A DNA stretch of 63,656 nucleotides, counting the filler, from Choristocarpus tenellus KU-1152 (Eukaryota > Protista > Phaeophyceae): NCBI GenBank assembly GCA_964200185.2. It is 14 parts of 14 records of this genome, joined end to end, with 100 filler letters (N's around TTAATTAATTAA, not from the genome) between each part and the next. Parts side by side here need not be neighbours in the genome. Positions count along the whole stretch, not along the records: positions 9,780 to 13,321 come from CAXNAD020019367.1; positions 13,422 to 17,879 come from CAXNAD020014456.1; positions 17,980 to 20,510 come from CAXNAD020027014.1; positions 20,611 to 26,489 come from CAXNAD020009532.1; 10 more parts are not named here. One strand, written 5' to 3'. The notes below the pieces were generated by a model. The model saw only the letters and a list, made by a program, of their open reading frames with translations. It did not search any database and had not been told where the DNA came from. This document shows, in pieces, positions 12,151 to 23,600 of the stretch. Position 1 is the stretch's first letter, and every line of letters begins with the position of its first letter. The translations under genes and the position numbers were made by a program.

Positions 12151-13052
12151 ATGTCCAACATTCCAAGAACAACAACCCACCCGCCCGCCGATGGGAAAGG
12201 TTTGGAATCCAGAACGTGGAACCTACCCCCTATTGGCATGTCCCAGCTCTTGGACCGACACTATCTAGGCTCATACAAGATGAAGCTTGTTCACGTCACA
12301 TGCACAGATATGGTGCGTCCTTTAAGCGAGTGTGGCCTAGTGCGCGTGAAGAAGTCTATAAAGGAGAAAGGCTGGCTGGATCAGTTTGCTCTGAGTGTTG
12401 TCATCCAGCGAGAACGTTTAGGTAAAATGGATGAGCTAAACGCCGAAACTGCGCTTGCCATTGAAGGGCGTGTATTGGACAGAAACCATAGAGTAACGGT
12501 GCTGAAGAGAGTGTTTGATCCCGAGCACGCTTTCACCATGCGGATCTACATGGAATTCGACCAAACAGAAGAGAGGCTAATTGCCAACGGTGGGTGATGG
12601 AGTGTTTTCGTTGTTCCATAATCGCCTGACCGTTCTGATCAACTAAGCACCGAAGTAAGTTGAGTATTTTTGTTGTTCCGTGATCGCGTGATGACTATTC
12701 TGATATAAGAAGTTGTTGTGGAGTTTCCCTCGCTTATGTTCATTGTCAGTCAGCCCATTGTGGATCTTTTCGTTGCTCATCTTTTTTTATCCCTCGTGGT
12801 ATTCCTGTCCACAGCAACATGTTTCTCGGTGCCGCAGGCCGCGTGTGTCCCACGATCGCTCCCCACCTAACCCTTGTCCCGTTCGCCCACTGCACCGCCA
12901 TGCTTATAGCACTCAACGACGCGACCAAGAGTGTGGTTGAGCGCACATTATACGATAAGATATATTTTCAGCACAAGCTCTAAGAAGCTATCAAGCGACA
13001 GACGAAGAAGAAAGAAGTGTCACTAGCAGAGATCCGCAGAATGCACCAAAAG
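12151..13052 (+). pseudogene. Spliced ParB/Sulfiredoxin-like (ParB N-terminal fold) gene, apparently inactivated; contig ends before any further exon
   Basis: Exon 1 12151-12589 (AAC G|GTGGGT) and exon 2 12910-13052 (TAG|CA...AAG|GTGAGA) are phase-compatible. Protein: VRPLSECGLVRVKKSIKEKGW...SVVI...VLDRNHRVTVLK...MRIY...EERLIANALNDATKSVVERTLYDKI. This follows the ParB pattern R.....l..L..SI...G...pi.V...viDG.HR..A...en..R..l. In-frame TAA at 12981-12983. Confidence 0.65.
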
Positions 13053-13621
13053 GTGAGAGAGTTGTCGACATTGGTGGGATGGTCGCGCTCTACTCCTCCT
13101 CTAGTTGGGTTACAGCTGTTGCGCGATATCCCTTTGTCGAACTATTCAACCTAAGTTGAGATAGTTATCCCGCGTTTGGATACCCTGTCAACCAACTTAT
13201 TGATCTTCAGGTGACCATGTAGTATGTATGTGTGGTTAACCACAGACGTGCAATAAAAATTATTTCTTGATTGTTTTATCGACGGTGTTGCCTGAAACCC
13301 CCCTCCCCCCCCCCCCCCCACNNNNNNNNNNNNNNNNNNNNNNNNNNNNNNNNNNNNNNNNNNNNTTAATTAATTAANNNNNNNNNNNNNNNNNNNNNNN
13401 NNNNNNNNNNNNNNNNNNNNNCTTGAAAAAAAAAAAAAAGGTAAATTGATAGAAGAGGAGAGGGGAGAGTGGATGGGAACAGCAACATCGGTCCTTCACT
13501 GAATTGGGTCTTTCACAGGGTGCAAGGAGTTGGAAAGTCGCAGAACCAAATAGAACGGCGATAAAAGCACAATAGAAACCACAGCTTTTGAAATGGCGGG
13601 TAAAGTGTGAAGGTCAGGTAC

Positions 13622-14977
13622 CTGGCCGAGTCGTTATCTTCCATCTGCGGCCAGCTGATCCTAAGGGTGAACAACACCTTTCCACTAGCACGGACTTCCT
13701 TCATTGTGGTCAAGACACACCCGGGGTGAAGGTCAAAGATGGCCCTCGGTTCCACAACCCCCTGATACAATCGGGTTCGGGTTCGGGTTCGGGTTCTGGT
13801 TTCAGGTTCAGGTTCAGGTTCAGGTTCAGGTTCAGGTTGGGGTTAGGGTTAGGGTTAGGGTTAGGGTAAAGGGTAAAGGGTAAAGGATTAAAGGGTAAAG
13901 GCCAACCCGAGAAAAGAGGGGGAGGTAGGGGTAGTGTCGGATACTCGAGCATGAAACAAAACCTCATCACAAAATATAATGGATTATTGTCGGGGCGGGG
14001 TGCGGGGTGCGGGGGGGGGTGGGGACTGTTGTATAATAATGCATACAGTTGGTTCAAAATATAGACCCAGTCAATTTACAGCACAATGAGTCATCACCTG
14101 TCAGGGTTCACGACGACCGCTGACTGGAGGTGGAACCCGCTTGAAAACACGCCAAAATGTCTTTTAGGTATCATCTTTCAAGAATGTACCCCAGTGGCAT
14201 GGATACTAATGGTAACTGCGAACAAGACAATGAGTCTCTCACACCAACCAAACCATCTTTCAAGAATGTACCCCAGTGGCATGGATACTAACGATAACTG
14301 CGGCAGAGATGCTTCTAGGCACTATTGTGAACAAGACAATGAGTCTCTCACACCAAACCATCTTTTGAGTATGTACCTCAGTGGCATGGATACTGATGAT
14401 AACTGCGAACAAGGCATTGAGTCTCTCACACCAAACCTCCGTTCAGGTTCACAGCAGTACTGCATGGCACAGAAGGTAACCATACGTTGAGTATTGTTCC
14501 ATTAGATCAATGGGCTATCGCGTCACTCAAGATTATCACGTAATAGACGGAAATCTTACAGCAATAAGATCGCAACCCAACCATACCAAGACACTCCTCT
14601 GTGGTAGGAAATGGAAGGGGATGTGCAACCAGGGGACATTGGAGACTAAAAAGGTGTGCAAATTACATGTGGTTAGTAAGGCACTACATACAAATAAAGG
14701 TATCATACACCTCAAAGTACCAATTAAGGTACTATACACTTCGAGCACAAATTAAGAAAGTATCTCCTCCAAGTTCTAATCAAGATATTACATACTCCGA
14801 TTAGTGAGATAATATATATACTTCAAAAGTACTAAGATACTATAGACTTTGGAAAAAAGAAATAAACATCTCTAGCATTTGCAATTCTATTTCTACAGCA
14901 GCAGCTCCAAGTTAAGAACAAAAAATACCACTCCATCATCAAGACCCTACTCCCCCCACCAAAAAAAAAAAAAAAAC

Positions 14978-15021
<44 letters not shown>

Positions 15022-17879
15022 AGAACTTTTCCGCAGTGCCCAAGCCCAATGTGAATTTCCTTCAAATACTTTCAAGCTCTCTCTCAGAACTGGCAGCTTA
15101 CTTACAGGTAGGGAGGACCCTTTCGCTCACACAACCCCAACAACAGCATGTGTGTATTTTCTTACTCTTTGAGGAGGGAGGGGGCTTGTAGGGGGGACGG
15201 GGCATAACAAACTGCCATTTGCACAATAGGATGGTTTTAATGGTGAGGTGGCATGGGAGTCAAAGCCCCCCCCACAACCTATGTTAAAGTACTAAATTCT
15301 TGTGGGAGTGCATTTACCTCTTACACGCCCACTACAACGGGCACCTGAGGAACATTTAGTTTTGGGGACTGTGGACACCTTACTGGGTAGTCAACTGTAG
15401 CAACATGAATCCGAGCATAATCCTGCCCCAACTTCTTCAAACATGCATGAAAATGGAACACCAAGGTTTCTGTGCAAACACTCCACTGTCACAGGTAGGT
15501 ATAGGCTTTGGCACTTGAATCAATGCCCAACAGAGATGTAAGGTTGGGGCTACAGCTCAGAGCTGGAGCAAAAGGAGGTAGGTAGTGGCGATACGGACAA
15601 GGTTGGCTTGTTGAGGAGATGTAGTCCAGAGACATTACAGACCATTTTATAACAATGGCTCTCCCATAGATCATGCTATCTGTAACTAGAGTAACTGATT
15701 TGTCAAGCAGAATCTGAAAATTGAGACACCACCTGTACTGGAGAGGGAAAGAAGGGAAAGAAATTGGGGGTTGTAAAGTGGGATACACGTTTGGGCTTTC
15801 GCATCACCACAATGTAGTATTTGCGCATGTATATGTGTGTACGTGTATGTATGTATGTGTATGCACAAGGCCACATGCAAGGGGTGGGGCACAGTCTTAT
15901 TTGCAAGGAGGTGATAAACCCAGCTCCCAACACAATAGGGTGTCGAAACTACCACACCAACGTATTGCACAGGAGGAACCTATTACTCCAAGCCCAAACA
16001 AACACGTGGGGCGCACAAACACGCATCAAGGTCTCTCAGTTTAAACCTCACCACATCAGACTGCTTTCCGTAGTACTCAAGACACGCCCGCCTCAGCACA
16101 AAGTATCTTTCTGACCAAGAGTTGATTCGACCGTTTTTCTTCTTAAGGACTCCCTCCAGAAGCGGTCCCCACCCCTCTCCTGCTGCATCCTCCTCCCCCA
16201 GGACAATAGTGTTCGATTGCGCATCACCCACCTCCCCATCGTAGCTGCTGGTAGGAGAAGACTCTTTGGCAAGGCCAGGTGACTCAGGTATCGTTGAGGT
16301 GAACTTGTGGGAAGAAATTGCAGCAGACAGATTCCCCACAGTCTCATCAAAGACTAGTGTATTCTTTTCCTCCCCTTCCCTTTCTCCCTCTTCTCTTGCC
16401 CCTCTTCTGATTCCACTACTAGTGCCCATGGAATCCGATTGCAACCGCTCGGAAGACAGACTCCGGCGGGAACTGGTGACTGTTCGAATAGGGCTACGTT
16501 GTCGAGAGTGCCCGCCCGAGGCGTAATCTGAATTGTTGGGGACACCACTGGTCTGCATTCCTGGGCGTTGGCAAGGGAAGCAAAGAAACAACACGACGAC
16601 AGACTTCAGACACCCTGTGATGTAGAGCTGGCAATGGATTTGGCCAGAAGTTCAGAAGCTCCAATGAGCAAGTATGAATACTGTTGTACTAAATGATTAC
16701 ATGGGTTTCTCGCAGAACTTGGGGCAGGAACAGACCGGGTCGCACGGAAGGAAATATACGCAGGGATGGAATCAATTGGAATCTATTACGTACTTAAATA
16801 GGAGGACGAGACAATATATGAACTGCGCGTTAAGGTGTGCTGCAGGTCTACAAGAACGGCTAACGACCGGGGCTACTTCTATGCAACAGAAGTGTAGAGG
16901 ATCTACTGCGGTTCCGTGGTTCTTTCCCAGAGCCAGGGGCAAACAAATACTGACTAGGTGACTAGCCACAAGGAATCTTTCGGCAACAGGCATCAACTTT
17001 CATAGTAGGTCATGTGAACTCAGACCTGGATCAATTGAAGATCTCTTACGTAATAGTTGATAGATAGGATAGGGGGACAACTACTAGGACGAGGACTCTA
17101 AGGGCAATGACGATCAGCTTTAACGACCATTCTCATGGATTTAGAGGTTAAAACCACATACCTATCATGATAGTGATGGTGAAAGTCACACCCTTATTAC
17201 CAATCTGGAAATGGAAAGCACAAACAAGCAACTGATCCGTTCTTCTACACCATCAAGTAAGAATCCTTGGCTAGCACAATCCCTTGCTATGTTCACCTCA
17301 ATTTCTTTATCTCAATTACTAAGATAGTAGTTCTTCCCCCTCCACGATTAATTGCCACTCTTTGTCCCCCTCCTTTGGGTTACAAGTTACGAAAACTCCC
17401 TCCTACCTCAACCAGAACGAAGAAGAAGGGAAGGAGGTGGCGCACTCACTTTCTTGGATTTTGGAATCAATATTCAGTCTTGAGAATTAACCTTTTTTTT
17501 CGGGGGATTTAGTACTTTTAACCTTACCGAAGTTCAATAATATAACTAGAGATGAATGGTGTCATGTTTCTACTACTGAAGTTACTTACACAAAAACAAA
17601 TACGAATAAACTGTTAGTATATATTTTATTATTATGCCCTCTTACATTTTGCAGATGTGTCAGGGAAACCAATGAAAACTATATACATATGTGTATATAA
17701 AAAGTCCTAAACATAAGAATACTATGAGACATTGCGTGGAAACCACTAATCAGTTATTTCACCACTATCAAATATTGTCGTCCTTATCTTCCCATCTACC
17801 TATTCCTGTGCCCCTGGGGGGGGAGCTAAGGAAGCATCCCAAGAATCCAACAGACCCCTCCTTGCCCATCTCCCTGGTG
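13622..17879 (-). CDS. Partial spliced gene for a PH-domain protein
   Basis: Phase-compatible exons <17879-17800, 16560-16052 and 13761-13622. They encode LEGVLKKKNGRINSWSERYFVLRRACLEYYGKQSDV-GVVEPRAIFDLHPGCVL...LFTLRI, the typical PH strand pattern (G.L.K....W..RYFVL...L.YY). Confidence 0.82.
13771..13900. repeat. Compound hexamer microsatellite with telomere-type repeat: (TTCGGG)n(TTCAGG)n(TTAGGG)n(TAAAGG-like)n
   Basis: Read directly; lies beside the 3' splice site of the PH-gene intron. Other short TTAGGG/CCCTAA tracts occur near 5476, 52320, 52375, 55470, 55885 and 58105. Confidence 0.9.
14171..14440. repeat. ~80-bp tandem repeat, 3 copies, the middle copy with a short insertion
   Basis: Unit CATCTTTCAAGAATGTACCCCAGTGGCATGGATACTAA..ATAACTGCGAACAAGACAATGAGTCTCTCACACCAAAC; intronic. 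Confidence 0.85.
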
Positions 17880-18520
17880 NNNNNNNNNNNNNNNNNNNNN
17901 NNNNNNNNNNNNNNNNNNNNNNNTTAATTAATTAANNNNNNNNNNNNNNNNNNNNNNNNNNNNNNNNNNNNNNNNNNNNGGAAGATGAGTGGGGAGTGAG
18001 GAGTGGGGAATGAGGGGAATTCTTAGGCAGGTTTGGGTCTTCCTGCCTGTATGGTGTTGATCTAATTAGTGCAATGAATTGTAACCATTAAACCATGGCA
18101 ATTTGACTGAAAATAAATAAATAATATATATATTTTTATATATTATCCAGACAACCAATAATATATTATTACTATCAGTATTGTACATGAATATATCAGG
18201 CGTATGCTTGCTGCGTGCGTTTCACTTCCAATTCACACTCGCGGAGCTCGGCTTCCTGACTCACCACCACCCTGGCAAAGGTCAGTAATAGTAATAGCAC
18301 ATTTCGTACAAAATGTACAAAAACCAAACCAATAACAAAAAAAGGAAAAAATAGCAAAAAAAAAAACATATCCTCTCTTATTTATTTTACATTTATCCAA
18401 ATATTAATTTATATACATCCATGTATTATGAATCGAGACACAGTTGATTGTAAAGTACTTGCAAAATAAAAAAAATAAAACATTCAAAAATGCATCCGCA
18501 AGCCCCAACCCAAATCTCAC

Positions 18521-20425
18521 ATCTGTGACCAGCATATCGTAGGCCCTAGCCATCTCCCCTTTCATCCCCAGGGCATTTTCCACGTTGAGATCCTGCACCC
18601 AGCTCCTGCTCCGGAAATGATTGGAAAGCGGCTCTGCGGCCAGGAGACATTGAAGCATGCTGGAAAAAAATAAAACAGAAACATGCACACTAAATATCAT
18701 TAGTAATAATAATAATAATAATAATATAAATAATTGTTACGGTTATTACGAAGGATATATATATTCTGCATTTTTTCTATATCGGTCAGAGAGAGGTAGC
18801 AGAAAAAAAAAAAAAGCTGCTCGAGAAAAATAATATTCGCTATAAAATAATAAAATAAAGAGTATTGCGGTGGAACAATAAATAACTAAAATAAATAGAA
18901 AAGAAAAAAAAGAGAAACGGAAGAAAAGAACCCATGTACACGTGTATCCACGCCACACACAGACACACAGACACAGACACACACAGACACACACAGACAG
19001 ACACACATATATACACACATATATACACACAGACACACATATTTACACACACATATTTACACACACATACACACACACACACACAGACACACAGACACAC
19101 ATATATACACACATATACATATATACACATATACATATATACACACACTTTGACGAGGAGAGGAGAAGCAAAGGGAGGGTAAAGAGAAGGGGACTTCACA
19201 CCCACTGCATCATTACAAAGCACATGTCGTGATCCACCCTACACCAACACAGGACACACCACACCACCACACTCCTCAATCCACCTGTTCATGAAGCACG
19301 TGTTCCCGAGGTTGGTCAGCCCAACCGCCCCAGGAACAAATGGAGTACCCCTAGTGTTTTGGCGGCCCCACATGGCCGTATTGCCACTGTAGCTGGAGTC
19401 ACTACCGTAGCGATTGTGATCGCCCCTGGGTTAGCACAACACACATACGTCGTCCACACCACCAACAACAATAATAACAATAACAACAATAAAAATAGGG
19501 AGGACAGGAGTCGAGGCTAACCTAACAGGCTAACAGGAGGTACCTACTACTACTCATGGACAATCTAGGTTGAGGAACATACGTTGAAAACAATGCAATC
19601 AAATTCAACACCAAAAAAGGCGGTTCTACCACTCACACAGTAGTAGCTGTCATACTGGCAACTTACTACTTGTACCTCTTATTGACAAAAAACAGTACCT
19701 TGAAATAGCAATTACACCACTGTACCTCTTATCGACAAAAACAGTACCTCGAAATAGAATTTTCACCACTGTACCTCTCATCGACAAAAACAGTACCTTG
19801 AAATAGCAATTACACCACTGTACCTCTTGTCGACAAAAACAGTACCTTGAAATAGCATTTAGACCACTGGGTAGTAGACATCGTTCCAAAAATGGAAAAA
19901 AAATGTCAACATACACATATATATGTATGTATATAGGTGGAACATCGGGGAAGCAATGACTTCCAGGATTGGATATTAACACCAACAACGTATTGGGAGA
20001 TTGGCAGATCAGCATGACAATATAAGGTATATAATCCAAGCCAACTTGTTCCACAACGTGGAACAAAAAATACATATAAAAAATTAAAAAAAAACAGGTC
20101 CAAGAGCCGAACCTCTTCATCGCACGACAATAGCCACAACCACCACCACCAACACTAACACTAACACTCACACAATAAAAATAAAAACAAGTCCAAGAAA
20201 AACAACTCCATCCCATCACAAAAGCAGTACAAAAACGACTTAGTAATATTTGCAGTCAACAAGCCACCATCCCTCCCACACACACCTCAAATCACTTGTC
20301 CCTCTCTGTCCGTTGACTTTCTTCCTGTTTCGGTGTATGTGTGTCCCCATCTCACAGATCTCTTCCCCTTCAACATCCACCCAACGGTTCACGATCTCAG
20401 AATATTCCGGAGAAACAGCTGCTAC
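18521..20425 (-). CDS. Partial spliced ubiquitin-specific protease (peptidase C19, USP4/11/15-like) including the catalytic Cys box
   Basis: Exons 20425-20286, 19425-19285 and 18659-18521 join in frame to give ...[32 protein letters not shown]...DLNVENALGMKGEMARAY. This has the Cys box GL.[10 protein letters not shown].LQCL and the N..N.LGM.GE.A motif. Confidence 0.93.
18950..19150. repeat. (CA/TA)n compound microsatellite
   Basis: Read directly; inside a USP intron. Confidence 0.95.
19671..19869. repeat. ~49-bp minisatellite, 4 copies
   Basis: Unit TGTACCTCTTATCGACAAAAACAGTACCTTGAAATAGCAATTACACCAC; inside a USP intron. Confidence 0.9.
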
Positions 20426-20610
20426 CTGCAACAAACTCCATAACAGAAAACATACGCACACAGGAAAAGTCAGGGGGCAGGGGCAGGGGCAGGGGCAGGG
20501 GCATACGGGGNNNNNNNNNNNNNNNNNNNNNNNNNNNNNNNNNNNNNNNNNNNNTTAATTAATTAANNNNNNNNNNNNNNNNNNNNNNNNNNNNNNNNNN
20601 NNNNNNNNNN

Positions 20611-23600
20611 CCACCCCCTCCAGCCCCCCCTGCATCCCCAGCATCTACAGTATCTGCAGCAGCAGCTCCACCATTTGCTGTTATCTTACCCCCACCAAGA
20701 AGTGCTCCACATGTGACCCAAATACTACCCCCAGCCCCTCCACCACCACCACCACCACCCCCAGCTGTCCCATCAGCATGGATAGAGCCGTTGAGGTGAA
20801 GATCCCCAGATACCTGATAAAACACAGGTTGAATGGGTGGGTGGGGGTTAAAGGAAGGAATAGAGTAGTGAGGAAGGGGACATTTCATCAGGTGTAACAT
20901 ACTCCTATGGAGTGCTGATTTCTGTGATAGATTTCAGGTGACTGATATATTCTGCCCCATTTCCCTTCATTATTTTTTTTTCTCCAGAGGCATGACTAAA
21001 GACACCCTTTGTTGGGAACACTGAAGCAGGAATATCGAGAGCAGGCGGACCTCATGCAAGAGATTGGCTGGAAATGAGCGACAGGAGGGAAGAGTGCATC
21101 AGGCTACCATTTGTCTCTTTTTTGCTGAAAAGATAAAGTATCTTGTGAATGATAGGGATATCAACACGTACAAAATCCACCTATCGTTTATGAGAGACGA
21201 CTTACCTTATGCTATCCTATGTTCAAGGGATGTTGGGCAACAGGGAAGCATGTTCAACTTGTGTAAGGAAGGAGTCACCTTGAGGAAAATGCTGCCTCCC
21301 CCATCGCCACCATAGGCTCCATTAGCTGCACCACTACCTCCACCACTGCCTCTGGTGATAGGGTAGTATATATCACCATATGAACCCCCACCTCCCCAGG
21401 CATCAACCTCCTTAGATAAGCTGTTTCTCACAGTCCTGAATATTTTCCCAGGTGCCAAAATTGTTCAATGCTCAGTCATGACCGCCCAAACCTCCATGGC
21501 TCAAGTTTGGTACAACATTAAGGTTCCCAGATGTGACCTAGTCAGATTCTCTATTAATCTTTGGTCGTTACTTTTGAGATTGCTCATGCTCACAATGCAT
21601 AGCACATGGGTGGAGTCATACTGCTTTGAGTGAAAGTATCTTAGAGAGTACATTTTTTCCCCTGTTTGTCCATTTGGGGCTTGACTTTCCACGTTTTTTT
21701 TAAAATGACATTTTACCTACTCCAAAATGTTTCAGAGTAGGTAAAATGTATACGTTATGAAAAGGTGTATCCGGAACAAGGATATTGACATCTCCTAACA
21801 AACATGATAGCCAAAATTACATCAAAATTGCAACATTGGGTTTTGGCCCCCAAATGGACGTGGCTCTACCCTCTAAGATACTTTGACTCTTTAGCATCCA
21901 TTCCACTTTTTGTAGCAAGTCCGCCATACTATTTCTGATCATAATCTGGGTGACCATGTGCATGAATGAAATCAACCAGTTGTACTCCATCAAAATGGTC
22001 ACACTACTGAGAGGCAACAGCAGTTACCAACTTTTTGTGGCACAATGCTCCTGCCGTCTCTTCAGAGTAGATGCTCAATGAGCAAATGAAAGGATATCAT
22101 CATAAGCAAAAAGGTGATAATTACAAACCTCTATGTAGGCTTGATCATTTGCGGCATGTGACAGTGATCTCAATGGTCGCCAGCATCTGAAAGAAAGATG
22201 AAGTGAAATTCAAACAGTTATGATGTGCGCTATGTACTGGCAAACTTTAGTGGTGGCATGTCAGCACGTCTTTGTTACCCCTCCAACGTTCAGTGTTGGC
22301 GTGTGCTATGTATGAGTAAACTTTACTGGCAACGTGTCGGCATGTTTTTGTTACCCTGCCAACATTCAGGGTCTCCATCTACTGCTTTTCCTCCTAGCAT
22401 TTTTCTGGTGGAGGCTTACAACACAGGGGTTCCTACAAGAGGCCTTCTCTCCACTTCCGATTCTGCAAGTTGAATATCCCTATTGGGCATGGTGAGGATG
22501 GAAATATTTGTACTCCATGTGAGTATGATTTTTTTTTTTCCCCAAGGTCGAAATGATACCATTTTTTTTTTTTGCCCGAGTTGTTTTAGAAGGTGTTGTT
22601 GTTGAGTAGTTTGGAGTCTCCGTGACTGCCTTCTAGTACATATGGTTCTAGCACTCTGAAGGATAATTTCGCACACATATGTGAGCAAATGTTAGTCCAC
22701 TCTTTCACAGCTACACCCTCCTAAAGAGGGGTTGGTTTCATTTCAGGGACGGGGAATTGGGGTGTTAGGGTTAGCAGGCTGAAAAAGTCATAACAAATTC
22801 AAAAGGGTAAAAATAGAGCCAGTCTCCTTTAATAGATCAACTCTGACTAGGGTTCACCAGAGGTGAAAACAGGAAAGTTTCTTTTAGGAAAGACCATATA
22901 CGACTCATTATATTTCAATCTATTATTCCAAAGACTGCTTTTGGGCACTGTAGTTGCCTCTGTCCTACATGTGAGAAATGTAAGGTGTGTGTGTGTGAAA
23001 CATTGTTGCTGTGTACATACTTCATATCATGTTCCATGATTTACACCTTGCACTATAGACTTGAGCGATTTTGTCTCAGGTCCAAGGACTTTCGTTTTTT
23101 TCAATTCATCAATCACATCAAGCTAATAATTTGATATGCACAGTGACTAGAGAAAGCAGAATCCGAAAAAAAAAGAAGTTACTTTATGAAGCTTGCAATT
23201 TATAAACGGAGGAGACAAAGTGGAGATGGAAATATCACGAGGTGGGTGCTTTCTCAAGGCCGTGTTCTTCCTACTTACCCATCGGAAGTGTCGTAAGGGT
23301 AGTACTCCAAGCGCTGGGCAATCACATCTTGCAGTCCTGGGAGGCCTAGTCCACCATGCCCCCCCCCAGAGCCACTCAGAGTTCCAGAGTCCCCTGCCCC
23401 ACTTCCGCTTGCGTTGTTGAAGCCTGGACTTGCCCCGTTATGGCCATATCTTTTACATTGCCATAATGAAATGACACAATCAGACGGTGCAGTAGTAAGG
23501 ATATAAAGGGGAAGGAAAGGGAAGACACACTGGTAGGACCACAATAACATTGGGATCCCTACATTGCAAAATTTTCTGAAACCACTTCTCCTGAATCCCC

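Noticed and set aside
12151-12597. Calling the ParB-like ORF sulfiredoxin, or a bacterial contaminant
   Set aside because: It lacks the Srx GCHR cysteine. It has a phase-consistent spliceosomal-type intron and shares its contig with MITE families found in host gene introns.
13840-13870. TTAGGG tracts as true telomeres
   Set aside because: Only 3-5 units, internal to contigs and introns.
14171-14440. CRISPR-like repeat/spacer appearance (also 19671-19869 and 53896-54181)
   Set aside because: Units are contiguous tandem copies without unique spacers, they are intronic, and no cas genes are present: minisatellites.
18746-19232. ORFs rich in V/C/Y or T/H
   Set aside because: Translations of the (CA/TA)n microsatellite.
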